64,000 nt of DNA from positions 505-64,504 of the forward strand of contig CACZUK010000002.1 in the NCBI GenBank assembly GCA_902784305.1, given 5' to 3'. The position numbers and the translations under genes are program-made. The stretch comes from Oscillospiraceae bacterium (GTDB lineage Bacteria; Bacillota; Clostridia; Oscillospirales; Oscillospiraceae). Every line of letters begins with the position of its first letter. Within the stretch, counting starts at the first letter, position 1. The notes beneath the pieces were generated by a model that made no database searches, had not been told where the DNA came from, and saw only the letters and a program-made list of their open reading frames with translations. Shown here in pieces: positions 50,769 to 60,246 of the stretch.

Positions 50769-52802
50769 TCAGTCCAAATCCGGGAGACCGGCGGCGGTCT
50801 TCTCGTCCTGCTCGGCGAGGTCGGTTTTACCGATGGCGCGGTAGGCGGCTGCGCGATTGAGGTAGGCAAGTTTGTTGTCTGGCTTCAGGGAGATGGACTT
50901 GGTGATAGACTCAATGGCTTCTGAATAGCGCTTCAGATGACGCAGCGTATTGCCGCGGTTGTTGTAAGCAAACGCGTAATCCGGCTTGAGCTCAATTGCT
51001 TTGTCGTAATCGGCCAGCGCTTTGTCGTGTTCTCCCATGTCAGAGAAGTAGTTTCCACGGTTGTAGTACGCCACCGCGTAATCCGGCTTGAGCTCAATTG
51101 CTTTGTCGTAATCGGCCAGCGCTTTGTCGTGTTCTCCCATGTTAGAGAAGCAGCTTCCGCGGTTGTAGTACGCTTCCGCAAGATCCGGCTTGAGCTCAAT
51201 GGCCTTGTCAAAATCAGCCAGCGCTTTGTCGTGTTCTCCCATGTCGGAGAAGCAGCTTCCGCGGTTGCAGTACGCATTCGCGTAATCCGGCTTGAGCTCA
51301 ATTGCTTTGTCGTAATCGGCCAGCGCTTTGTCGTGTTCTCCCATGTCAGAGAAGCAGCTTCCACGGTTGTAGTACGCCACCGCGTAATCCGGCTTGAGCT
51401 CAATTGCTTTGTCGTAATCGGCCAGCTCTTTGTCGTGTTCTCCCATGTCAGAGAAGCAGTTTCCGCGGTTGTTGTATGCTATCGCGTCATCCGGCTTGAG
51501 CGCAATGGCTTTATTATAATCGAGAACAGCTTGCTCCGGCTTTCCCCATTCACCATACCAGTACCCCCGCTCAAAGAACAAGTCCGCATCCTCCGGATAG
51601 CGTTCCAGCCCCTTGTTGAGCAGTTCAACCGCACCGCTGTAATCCTTCTGCTTTCCTTTCTCCTTGGCCTGACGGATATAGTCCCACGGAGTCAGCTTTT
51701 TCTCCTCTTCCCGTTTCTCCATGGACTTTCGCTCCGCCTCGTTCAGAGCGTCCACAACCGGGTTCGGCCTCAGTTTCCCCCACTGTTCGTTGTAAATCTT
51801 GATTCTCTGGGCCAAACGATCCTCCATCCGCTTCTCTGTGGCGGAGGGGATAATCGCCTCTCCGTAGCGGGCTTCGCCGATGGAGAGCATCAAATCGTCA
51901 AAGCCGCTGATTTCCACCAGATAGCCCTTCTTGTTCTGCACCAGCTCCAGAACCCTGTCGTCCGGCAGTTCTCCCCGGTAGCACCAGTAGATGCCGTTGG
52001 GCATTTTTGTCTCGATCTTTTTCAGAAAGCACATCAGGCTCTCATCGCCGCCGCCGTAGCCGATGACAATGGGCGTGTAAATGCGGAACAGCCCCTGCAA
52101 AGCCTCCTCCCACTTGGGGTCGAGCTTGGAGGTGTCATCCTGCGTATTCAGCGGGGCGAAGAACAGCCCTCTGTGAACCTTTGCAACAATGGGCCGCTGG
52201 ACATCGGGCTGAATAAACCCGGCCAGAGACTCGTGGCTGACCACCAGCGGCTTTTTGTCGGTGTAGAGGAAGAGTGCATCCTCCACGAGGGAGTCAAAGT
52301 TTGTGGTGATAACCAGATTGTGCCGAAAGTCCTTCTCTGTCAACAGCAGCGCAAGGGTCTGATAGCCCACACTGGGGTCGATATTCTCCATGATGCGCTC
52401 CATATAGCGGTAGCCGAGGGTGGGGTCGGGGTAGAAGCGCAGAGTGTAGATGTCAAAGTAGTATTTGCTGTCAATGCTGGTGTTGTCAGCCTTGGCCTTC
52501 TTCCACGCCTGTTCAATCTCCTCAAAGGGGTGGCGGAGCAGCTCGTCCTGCTCAAGGACTTTTCCGCTCCTGCGGGATTCCTCCGGATTCATTTTGAGGG
52601 TGCCCCGGTCATCGGCTTCCCCCATGATACAGTTCATCCACCGCATCTCCAGTTGATTGCCGGTGGGAATTCCGGATTCCACGGACGCACCGGAACCGAG
52701 GATGAAGCAGAAGCGTCTTTTGTAGCGATCCGATTCCGCCATCTGACGGAGCAGGACAGAAGTGCTCAGGATTCTGGATGGAGGGAAGCTATCTTTGGTC
52801 AT
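50769..52802 (-). CDS. SIR2-like (SIR2_2/DHS-like NAD-binding) domain fused to about 8 TPR repeats
   Basis: FILGSGASVESGIP, ITTNFDSL, VAKVHRG and IGYGGGDE follow the order of SIR2_2 family motifs (GxGxS, TTN(Y/F)D, K.HG, GYS..D). The C-terminal 250 aa are canonical 34-aa TPRs. Confidence 0.85.
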   Translation of the reverse strand: MTKDSFPPSRILSTSVLLRQMAESDRYKRRFCFILGSGASVESGIPTGNQLEMRWMNCIMGEADDRGTLKMNPEESRRSGKVLEQDELLRHPFEEIEQAWKKAKADNTSIDSKYYFDIYTLRFYPDPTLGYRYMERIMENIDPSVGYQTLALLLTEKDFRHNLVITTNFDSLVEDALFLYTDKKPLVVSHESLAGFIQPDVQRPIVAKVHRGLFFAPLNTQDDTSKLDPKWEEALQGLFRIYTPIVIGYGGGDESLMCFLKKIETKMPNGIYWCYRGELPDDRVLELVQNKKGYLVEISGFDDLMLSIGEARYGEAIIPSATEKRMEDRLAQRIKIYNEQWGKLRPNPVVDALNEAERKSMEKREEEKKLTPWDYIRQAKEKGKQKDYSGAVELLNKGLERYPEDADLFFERGYWYGEWGKPEQAVLDYNKAIALKPDDAIAYNNRGNCFSDMGEHDKELADYDKAIELKPDYAVAYYNRGSCFSDMGEHDKALADYDKAIELKPDYANAYCNRGSCFSDMGEHDKALADFDKAIELKPDLAEAYYNRGSCFSNMGEHDKALADYDKAIELKPDYAVAYYNRGNYFSDMGEHDKALADYDKAIELKPDYAFAYNNRGNTLRHLKRYSEAIESITKSISLKPDNKLAYLNRAAAYRAIGKTDLAEQDEKTAAGLPDLD
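50910..51521. repeat. 102-bp (34-aa TPR) tandem repeat, 6 copies, of which 4 (units 2-5) are near-identical at DNA level
   Basis: gtaatccggcttgagctcaattgctttgtcgtaatcggccagcgctttgtcgtgttctcccatgtcagagaag... recurs with few substitutions. Confidence 0.9.
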
Positions 52803-52833
52803 ATCTGTTCACACCCCTTTTCACTTTTCCATC

Positions 52834-52862
52834 ATTTTACAACATCCGACAGCCTCGGTCAA
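52834..52862 (-). promoter_or_regulatory. sigma-70-type promoter (TTGACC-N17-TAAAAT) of the SIR2-TPR gene
   Basis: Reverse complement hexamers at 52857-52862 and 52834-52839. Confidence 0.6.
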
Positions 52863-52953
52863 GCTTCCGCGTGAGAAATCCCCCTAGCAATCAAGCGCCG
52901 CGCGCATCCCATCCGGTCCGCTCAAACGGCTGCTTTTCGCAGTTCATAAACCG

Positions 52954-55101
52954 TTACGAATGTGCGCACAGGATACTTACCAGCGTATCCTTCAGCAAAT
53001 CAATGTCCACAGGCTTGGACAGATGCGCGTTCATGCCCGCCTGAAGGCAGGCGTTCACATCCTCCTCAAAGGCGTTGGCGGTCAGCGCGATGATGGGTAT
53101 CTTCGCGGCGTCCGGCCGGCTCAGACCCCGGATGGCCCGGGACGCGGCAAGACCGTCCATCACAGGCATGCGCATATCCATCAGAATGGCGTCAAAATGG
53201 CCCGCTTCGCTCTGCTCGAACAGCTCGACTGCCTGCCGGCCGTTCTGCGCCCATTCCGAGGTCATATCCTCCAGCTCCAGAATCTCAGAGAGAATTTCCG
53301 CGTTCATCTCCTGATCCTCCGCAATCAGGATGTGCCGCCCCACCAGGGAGACCGGCTCCTCCGACGGCTGCGCGTCTTCCCCGGCGGTGAGCGTCTGTTC
53401 TCCCGGGGCGCGCTTGAGGGGCACGGTGACCACAAAGGTGGAGCCGACGCCCTTTTCACTCTGGACTTCAATCTCGCCGCCCATCATATCCACAATGCTC
53501 TTGGTGATGGCCATGCCCAGACCGCTGCCCCCGTATTCGTTCGTGGTGCTGCCGTCCTCCTGGGTGAAGGACTCAAACAGCTTGGGAAGGAAGGCCGCGT
53601 CCATTCCGATTCCCGTGTCCGCCATGGTGAAGCGCAGCCGGGCGCAGTCCTCCGAGACAGGGCTTTGCTCCACGGTGAAGGACACCTCGCCGGGAGGATT
53701 GGTAAACTTCACAGCATTGCCCAGAATGTTGATGAGTACCTGCTTGAGCTTCAGGTCGTCCCCCAGATAGAACTCCTCCAGCGGTCCCACGCTGCCGGAG
53801 CGGAAGAGCAGCCCCTTGTCGTCACACTGTCCGTTGATGATGATGGAGACCTGCTCCAGCACCTCTGTCAGGGAAAAACGCTCCTCCTTCAGCTCCATGC
53901 GCCCGGATTCAATGCGGCTCATATCCAGAATATCGTTGATTAAGGTCATCAGGTGGCTGGCGCTGGCACCAATTTTTTGCAGATTTTCCCGGGTGTGAGG
54001 GGAGAGGCTTTCATCCCGCAGCGTCAGGCTGTTCAGGCCGATGATGGCGTTCATCGGCGTGCGAATCTCATGGCTCATATTGCTCAAAAACGTCGTTTTC
54101 GCCCGGTTGACCAGCTGTGCCTCCCGCGCCGAAGCGATGGCCAGATTCTTTTCGCTCTGATTGTAGAGGATGGCGAGGAACACCGCGGCTTCCAGCACGG
54201 CCAGCAGCACGGCCAGCAGCAGAATGAGCCTCAGCGGCCCGTAAAAGGCGTCGGTGTCAATCAGGGAGACGGCCTGCCAGCCCCCCTCAATCTGCTCAAC
54301 AAACACAATGTATTTCTGACCCCGGAAGTTCAGCTCAAACAGGTTCTCACTCCCGTTGTAGAGGCGCTTCGCCAGAGCCGCGCCCAGCGTATTCTTCTCC
54401 TCCCGGTAGTTCTTGCCCAGCTCCGCCTCGTCGGAATGGGCAATCACCTTTCCCGACTTGTCCAGCACGATTCCGCAGCTGCCGGGGTTCTGCTGGGTGA
54501 TGCGCTCCGTGATCGCCTGAATCCAGGTCAGCGGAACGTCCAGGGCGACGACGCTTTCCCCGTCCGAGAGCCTTCTGGCCAGGGTCGTAATGATGCCCCC
54601 GGTCTGGTCGTCCAGATAGGGCGTCACAAAGGTGATTTCACTCTTGTCCGCCATGGTCTCCTGATACCACGGGCGTTCGGTGGGCCGATAGTCCGCATCG
54701 GGCACCCATCCGACGCCGTCGCAGTATTCGCCCTTAATCCAGCCATACAGGCCGGTATAATCTTCGTCAATGGCCTTTTTGATGCTCGTGGACTGCGCGG
54801 TCAGGTAGTCCAGAATCTCCTGATTGTCTTTGCCGTCCCGAATCATCTCGTCCACCACATAGGCAGCCAGCATAACGGTGCTCTTTCGCACCAGAATGTA
54901 GTTGTCCAGCTCCTTGGCCGACTCCACCACGTTGACCCTGCCCTTGAGCTCGATGCTCTCCTTGGTGGAGGAGTAGAGCCTCCAGCCGCCGACGCAGGTG
55001 GCCGAAACCGTGAGCAGAAAGACCAGCAACGAGGCCAGAATGCTTTCCACGCCGATGTTTTTGATGACCTCCTGATGGTTGAATCCGCTTTTTCTGTCCA
55101 T
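52954..55101 (-). CDS. hybrid sensor histidine kinase (TM, Cache-like extracytoplasmic domain, TM, HisKA, HATPase, REC)
   Basis: H-box SHEIRTPMNAIIG, N-box NAVKFT, G-boxes DTGIGM and GSGLGMAI, and C-terminal REC ILIAED...ILMDMRMPVMDG. GGAGG RBS. Confidence 0.92.
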   Translation of the reverse strand: MDRKSGFNHQEVIKNIGVESILASLLVFLLTVSATCVGGWRLYSSTKESIELKGRVNVVESAKELDNYILVRKSTVMLAAYVVDEMIRDGKDNQEILDYLTAQSTSIKKAIDEDYTGLYGWIKGEYCDGVGWVPDADYRPTERPWYQETMADKSEITFVTPYLDDQTGGIITTLARRLSDGESVVALDVPLTWIQAITERITQQNPGSCGIVLDKSGKVIAHSDEAELGKNYREEKNTLGAALAKRLYNGSENLFELNFRGQKYIVFVEQIEGGWQAVSLIDTDAFYGPLRLILLLAVLLAVLEAAVFLAILYNQSEKNLAIASAREAQLVNRAKTTFLSNMSHEIRTPMNAIIGLNSLTLRDESLSPHTRENLQKIGASASHLMTLINDILDMSRIESGRMELKEERFSLTEVLEQVSIIINGQCDDKGLLFRSGSVGPLEEFYLGDDLKLKQVLINILGNAVKFTNPPGEVSFTVEQSPVSEDCARLRFTMADTGIGMDAAFLPKLFESFTQEDGSTTNEYGGSGLGMAITKSIVDMMGGEIEVQSEKGVGSTFVVTVPLKRAPGEQTLTAGEDAQPSEEPVSLVGRHILIAEDQEMNAEILSEILELEDMTSEWAQNGRQAVELFEQSEAGHFDAILMDMRMPVMDGLAASRAIRGLSRPDAAKIPIIALTANAFEEDVNACLQAGMNAHLSKPVDIDLLKDTLVSILCAHS

Positions 55102-55413
55102 AGTCCGGCCTCCGCTTCTTCAACAGGGCACCGCGCCGCTGCGGCGGCGTTTCCCTGTGCCAGGGTTCCTTTTTGGATTTCTGTCTGTATCGTTCCAGTG
55201 GGGCAGATGCGTCGAATGTGTATCTTTAGTATAGCATAGGATTCTCCGTGTTTCCACCCCGAAAAGCGATTTGATGCAGGTTTCCGCGGCGCTCACGCCT
55301 GCCCGGCGCGCCCGGGGCGTCTGCGGCTGAGCCGTTCCATCGGCGTTTCCAGCTTCCGGTCCGGTTCCGCTCCATTTTGCGCACCTGCGCCGCCGACCAG
55401 ACAAAGTTCACGG

Positions 55414-58326
55414 TTACACTGTTCTCTCAACCTTGAGAATCTTCTGCTCAAACTCCGCCGCGGGCAGGGGCCGGGAGAAGTAATAGCCCTGCACCAAATC
55501 GCAGCCCGCGTTCTTGAGCAGCTTCAGCTGGCTCTCGACCTCCACGCCCTCGGCAATCACCGGCACCTTGAGATAGCCGGCGATGTCCACAATCAGCTCC
55601 ACCAGGCGCAAATCCTTCTCATCGCGCTCAATGTTGCGGATAAAGCCGATGTCCATCTTCAGCACGTCCACGGGGATGGAGGAGAGCATGTTCAGGGAGG
55701 AGTAGCCGGACCCGAAATCGTCCATTTCGATGCGGTAGCCCCGGTTGCGCAGCTCCCCAATGACCTGAATCAGCTGCTCGGCGTTCTCGGTGTAGGCGGA
55801 TTCCGTGACCTCCAGCGTCAAATCCTGACGGGCCAGCCCGTTTTTGATGACAATCGCGTCCAGCGTGTTGGCAAGCTCCGGGTCAAACACATCCACCCGG
55901 GACAGATTCACGGACACGGGCAGGGTCACGCCGCAGTCTCTGCGCCACAGGGCAATCTGACGGGCGGCCTGTGCCCACACGAACCGGTCCACCGCGCTGA
56001 TTTGTCCATTGCGCTCAAACAGGGGGATGAAGGCTCCCGGGGGAATCATGCCCAGCTCGGGATGCCGCCAGCGCACCAGCGCCTCGGCGCTGCAAAGCCT
56101 GGGCTGGTCCGGCCGGATGTCAAATTTGGGCTGGTAGTACACCTCCAGCTCGTGCTGCTCCAGGGCGCGCTCCAGGTCATTTTCCAGACGCTGGTTGTAC
56201 TCCTCCCGCTGCCGCAGCTCCTCACTGTAGACCATGAAGCGGGTCTGAAAATCCCGGCGCACCGCGCTGCTGGCGGACCAGGCGCAGGCCAGCATCTGGT
56301 CCAGGCTCAAATCCGCCTGCCAGGGCATGACGCCCATGCGCAGATGGATGTCGGAGCTGCCGGTGCTCTGGTTGATGCGCCCCTGAAAGCGCTCCAGCAG
56401 GGCGCCGTAGTCCTCGGGATGGGGACACAACAGGTCAAAGTGGTCGCTGCCCTCCCGTCCGGCGATGCCGCCGGTCTCAAAGGCGCAGGCCTTCAGCTCG
56501 TCGGCCAGCGTCCGGAGCAGCCCGTCGCAGAAATCCCGGCCCTTGAGGGTGTTGAGGGTGTGGAAGCGCTCGATGTTCAGCGCAATGGCGTCCATCGGCC
56601 TGCCCGGCTGCTCCTGCCGCCGCCGGTTGCCGTAGACGATGAAGAAGGAGCGGTTGTAGAGGCCCGTCAGGGGGTCCCGCTCCGCGGCGGAGATGATGGC
56701 CTTGCCCTCGGCCACCTTTGCCTCCGCGCGCACGCTGCGCAGCACCAGCAGCAGGAGCAGCACGGCAATCACAGCAATGGAGGCCACCACCGTGGGCAGA
56801 TTGTCCTGAATGAAAGCGCCGAAGGTCACTCGCTCCCCGGTGAAGGCATAGCCGGTCAGGGAGGCGTTCAGCGTCTCCTCGGGCAGCAGGCGCGTGACCT
56901 TGTTGAGGATGGAGAACAGGCAGTCGTCCTTCCGATTCACCGCGAAGGACATATCCATAATCTGGCCGGTGGACAGGGCGGTGAGGTGGTAGCGGTTCAG
57001 GTGCTCGCTGACTCGGTTAATGCGGTAGCTGCTCACCAGGGTGCAGTCCGCGTCTGAGTCGGAAACCGCCTTGAAGCAGTCCGCCACGCTGTCACATTGC
57101 AGAATCGTCCAGTTGGGAAAGTTGTCCTTCAAAAAGGTCTCATGGCTGGGATGGTTTTTCAGGACAGAAACCGTCCTGTTTTGGTCCTGGGAGAGGCCCT
57201 GCTGGTCCGCAGTCCGAACAATCGCGTACATACCCGTGCTGACGACGGGGTCCGAGAGAATCACGCCCAGCTGCTCGCCGTCATAGGCGCTGAGGTTGAC
57301 CGGAAACACGCAGTCCACCTCGCCATTCGTCAGGGCGCGCAGCGCGTCCCCGGTGGAGGGATAGGCAACGGTCTCAAAGCTCAGCTGCGCGTTTTTCTCA
57401 CAGGTTTCAGCAAACTCCAGATAGTCGGACAGCGTACCGGTGAGCTGCTGCGTGTTCTCCTCCTGGGTGCAGAACGGGAGGAATCCGTCCCGATACCCCA
57501 CGCGGATGGTGCCGTGTGCGTCCAGCCACTCCTTCTCCTCGGCGGACAGGAAGCTGTTGACGGAGCCGGCCTTGTTGTACTTTTCCGCCATTTGCTGGTT
57601 GAAATCCCGGTTCTCCTCCAGAATCCGGTTCATGGCCATGTCCAGCTCCTGCTTCAGGTCGGGACGGCTCTTGCTGATGCCAAAGTAGGAGACGGCGGAG
57701 CCCACCTTGCACACCGGCACCACATCCGCACTGGTTCCATAGGTGTCCAGCGTCACCAAGGCGTCAAACTCGCCCCGGGAGAGCATGTCCATCATCACCG
57801 GGGACTTTTCGGTGGACTCCACCACCTCTGGGTGCACGTCGTGGCTCTCCGCCCAGTCGAGGAAGAGCTGCTCCTGAATGCTGCTCTTGTTGACGCCCAC
57901 CCGCTTGCCGTTCAGGGTGGAGAAGTCGTCTGGCTGGATTTCCGTGTTGTCCGGAGCGATGAAGACGTAGTAGTCCTCAGAGCCCATGGCCTCGGCGGAG
58001 TACAGAATCCCTTTCGCGCGCTCCTCGGTGTAGGAAACGTCACTGAGCAGGTCGATTTCGCCCGCCATCAGCTTCTCGAAGAGCTCCGACCAGCTGCCCT
58101 CCACGTATTCGTAGCGCCAGCCGGTGTAGGTGGCTACACGCTGTTGATACTCGTAGCCATAGCCGGAGCGGCGTCCAAACTGGTCAGTGCTGTGAAAGGC
58201 CGACTCGTACCAGCCGACGCGAACCGTCTTCTGCTCCGTCTGTTCCGCGCTGGCGGGAAAGGGCATCAGCAGGCTCAGGGCAATCAGCACGCATAAGGAA
58301 ACGCTCAGGGCTCTTTTGGTGCGCAT
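55414..58326 (-). CDS. two periplasmic solute-binding (PBPb) domains, TM, degenerate GGDEF, EAL
   Basis: Signal peptide, then two SBP_bac_3-like halves. GGDEF position reads GSDHF. EAL set is intact (EALVRW, EVTES, DDFGSGYSS, KMD, EGVE, QGYYF). GGAGGAG RBS. Confidence 0.9.
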   Translation of the reverse strand: MRTKRALSVSLCVLIALSLLMPFPASAEQTEQKTVRVGWYESAFHSTDQFGRRSGYGYEYQQRVATYTGWRYEYVEGSWSELFEKLMAGEIDLLSDVSYTEERAKGILYSAEAMGSEDYYVFIAPDNTEIQPDDFSTLNGKRVGVNKSSIQEQLFLDWAESHDVHPEVVESTEKSPVMMDMLSRGEFDALVTLDTYGTSADVVPVCKVGSAVSYFGISKSRPDLKQELDMAMNRILEENRDFNQQMAEKYNKAGSVNSFLSAEEKEWLDAHGTIRVGYRDGFLPFCTQEENTQQLTGTLSDYLEFAETCEKNAQLSFETVAYPSTGDALRALTNGEVDCVFPVNLSAYDGEQLGVILSDPVVSTGMYAIVRTADQQGLSQDQNRTVSVLKNHPSHETFLKDNFPNWTILQCDSVADCFKAVSDSDADCTLVSSYRINRVSEHLNRYHLTALSTGQIMDMSFAVNRKDDCLFSILNKVTRLLPEETLNASLTGYAFTGERVTFGAFIQDNLPTVVASIAVIAVLLLLLVLRSVRAEAKVAEGKAIISAAERDPLTGLYNRSFFIVYGNRRRQEQPGRPMDAIALNIERFHTLNTLKGRDFCDGLLRTLADELKACAFETGGIAGREGSDHFDLLCPHPEDYGALLERFQGRINQSTGSSDIHLRMGVMPWQADLSLDQMLACAWSASSAVRRDFQTRFMVYSEELRQREEYNQRLENDLERALEQHELEVYYQPKFDIRPDQPRLCSAEALVRWRHPELGMIPPGAFIPLFERNGQISAVDRFVWAQAARQIALWRRDCGVTLPVSVNLSRVDVFDPELANTLDAIVIKNGLARQDLTLEVTESAYTENAEQLIQVIGELRNRGYRIEMDDFGSGYSSLNMLSSIPVDVLKMDIGFIRNIERDEKDLRLVELIVDIAGYLKVPVIAEGVEVESQLKLLKNAGCDLVQGYYFSRPLPAAEFEQKILKVERTV

Positions 58327-58704
58327 CTGTACAACTCCTCCGTTTCTACTCTCCTGTTTCTTCTCTGATGGGGACGGCGGAAGGGCCGCGTGTGCCTCCC
58401 GCGTTCAGCCGTCATCAGAACAACAGATTGTAAACACTTTGACTGTGAATCATTATAGCACGAGTCCCGACGGCTTTCCATAGTCTTTTCCCAAAAAGGT
58501 TGCTCTGCGACAGAAATCTCCTGAACGGGCCTGTCCGCTGCCTGTGCAGGGGACAAGCAGAGCGTTCTCCCGCCGTTTCCGCCTGTTTCCCACGGAATTG
58601 CGGAAAACCGCAACAGAATCCAGGCTGTCTGCCCACAAAAACGCCGTCTCACACGGCCGTCGGGAGGGGAATCGGCAAAAATTTACAAAGCTCAGAAAAA
58701 AGTG

Positions 58705-58733
58705 TTGACAAACGGCTTTGCGCGTGATATGAT
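58705..58733 (+). promoter_or_regulatory. sigma-70-type promoter (TTGACA-N17-TATGAT) of the tRNA cluster
   Basis: Hexamers at 58705-58710 and 58728-58733, about 25 nt upstream of the first tRNA. Confidence 0.65.
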
Positions 58734-58757
58734 ACTGTGGCTGGCAGCGAGTGATTC

Positions 58758-58831
58758 GCGGGTGTAGTTCAATGGTAGAATCCCAGCCTTCCAAGCTGGT
58801 CGCGTGGGTTCGATTCCCATCACCCGCTCCA
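58758..58831 (+). tRNA. tRNA-Gly(UCC), CCA encoded
   Basis: Cloverleaf folded by hand. Acceptor GCGGGTG/CACCCGC, anticodon loop CTTCCAA, T-loop TTCGATT. Confidence 0.9.
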
Positions 58832-58845
58832 TTCCAGCTTCATAT

Positions 58846-58919
58846 GCGGCTGTAGCTCAGTAGGATAGAGCAACTGCCTTCTAAGCAGTGGGCCGGGGGT
58901 TCGAATCCCTCCAGCCGTG
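58846..58919 (+). tRNA. tRNA-Arg(UCU)
   Basis: Acceptor GCGGCTG/CAGCCGT (G1-U72), anticodon stem ACTGC/GCAGT, loop CTTCTAA, T-loop TTCGAAT. Confidence 0.88.
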
Positions 58920-58955
58920 TTTTTCCGGCTGGCTGAGAGCTGGGACAATTGATAT

Positions 58956-59030
<75 letters not shown>

Positions 59031-59086
59031 CTTTTCCTTGACAGCCAGACGGTTGCATCCCTTCCGCTCTGGCTCTCTTTTTTCGA

Positions 59087-59158
59087 TGGGATGTCGCCAA
59101 GCGGTAAGGCAAAGGACTTTGACTCCTTCATCCGTGGGTTCGAATCCCGCCATCCCAG
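59087..59158 (+). tRNA. tRNA-Gln(UUG)
   Basis: Acceptor TGGGATG/CATCCCA, anticodon stem AAGGA/TCCTT, loop CTTTGAC, T-loop TTCGAAT. Confidence 0.9.
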
Positions 59159-59179
59159 CTCTGAACAATCCAACCATAT

Positions 59180-59252
59180 GACCCAGTAGCTCAGCTGGCA
59201 GAGCAGCACCCTTTTAAGGTGACGGTCCGGGGTTCGAATCCCCGCTGGGTCA
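59180..59252 (+). tRNA. tRNA-Lys(UUU)
   Basis: Acceptor GACCCAG/CTGGGTC, anticodon loop CTTTTAA, T-loop TTCGAAT. Confidence 0.9.
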
Positions 59253-59255
59253 TAG

Positions 59256-59289
59256 ACCGCCGTGGTTTCTCCACGACGGTTTTCTTTTA
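59256..59289 (+). terminator. intrinsic terminator after the tRNA cluster
   Basis: Stem accgccgtgg/ccacgacggt (one mismatch) followed by tttctttt. Confidence 0.7.
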
Positions 59290-59338
59290 CCCCAACGAAC
59301 ACTTCATTTTTATCGAACCTACGAAGGAATCAATCAAA

Positions 59339-60046
59339 ATGAATGATAATCAGCTGACAGCGCTCCCATTCTTCCAGCTGCTGCGCCCTGAGACCACCCA
59401 GACCCTGTGGGACCATGGTCAGGTGCGCCGCTTCTCCAAGCGCCGCCTGCTCTTTCAGCCCGGCGACCTGATGCAGACGCTGCACTTTCAGCTCAGCGGC
59501 AAATCCTGCATCTACACCGTGACGCCCTCCGGGCAGCGGAAGGTTCACTTTGTGTGCGGCAGGGGAGAACTGCTCAACCAGAACACCCTCAACCCCAGCG
59601 TCTGTGCCAGCTACTGCGAGATGATGGAGGAGAGTCAGATTTTTTCCGTCCCCTCCGAGGTGGTCGCCCGGTGCATGCGCTCGGATTTCGAGCTCGTCCG
59701 CGCCCTGGTGGCGGCGCAGGAGCGCAAACTCTGGCGTCTGGAGCACCAGCTCAAGAACACCGTCAGCAGCATGTACATGGAGCGCAAGCTGGCCGCGAAG
59801 CTCTGGAAGCTCTCCCGGGACTTCGGGATTCAGCGCCCGGACGGCGTGGAAATCGACATGGAGCTCTCTGTCAGCTTTCTGGCGGACATGCTGGGCGTGC
59901 CCCGGGAGACCACCTCCCGGCTGCGCAGCGCCTTGGTGCGCTCCCGGCTCATCTCAGTACAGGGAAAGCGCATCACCGTCATCGACCCGGAGGGCATCGT
60001 CCGGCTCTACCACGACGGTATTCTGCCGCCTCCGGTGCAGAGCTGA
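59339..60046 (+). CDS. Crp/Fnr family transcriptional regulator
   Basis: N-terminal cNMP-binding-like beta-roll (LLFQPGD....HFQLSGK) and C-terminal HTH (LSVSFLADMLGVPRETTSRLRSAL). Track extension into the tRNA was trimmed. Confidence 0.85.
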   Translation: MNDNQLTALPFFQLLRPETTQTLWDHGQVRRFSKRRLLFQPGDLMQTLHFQLSGKSCIYTVTPSGQRKVHFVCGRGELLNQNTLNPSVCASYCEMMEESQIFSVPSEVVARCMRSDFELVRALVAAQERKLWRLEHQLKNTVSSMYMERKLAAKLWKLSRDFGIQRPDGVEIDMELSVSFLADMLGVPRETTSRLRSALVRSRLISVQGKRITVIDPEGIVRLYHDGILPPPVQS

Positions 60047-60230
60047 GGCCGAAGGCAGTCGAATTGTCACTCCGGTGCCGTCTCCTCTTGTATACAACAG
60101 AATCCGCACTTTTTCGCGCCTGATTTTTCGTTTATCCGGAGAATCAGGCGTATTTCTTCACTGTTTGCGCCGCTTTTCTGCCAAATTTCGTCAGTTAGCA
60201 TAAGGTAACTTTTGTAAAAGAATCTAAAAA

Positions 60231-60246
60231 TGTGAGCTACGTTACA
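60231..60246. promoter_or_regulatory. CRP-type palindrome TGTGA-N6-TTACA upstream of asrA
   Basis: tgtgagctacgttaca has one mismatch to TGTGA-N6-TCACA. It lies about 80 nt upstream of the asrA ATG and next to a Crp/Fnr gene. Confidence 0.3.
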
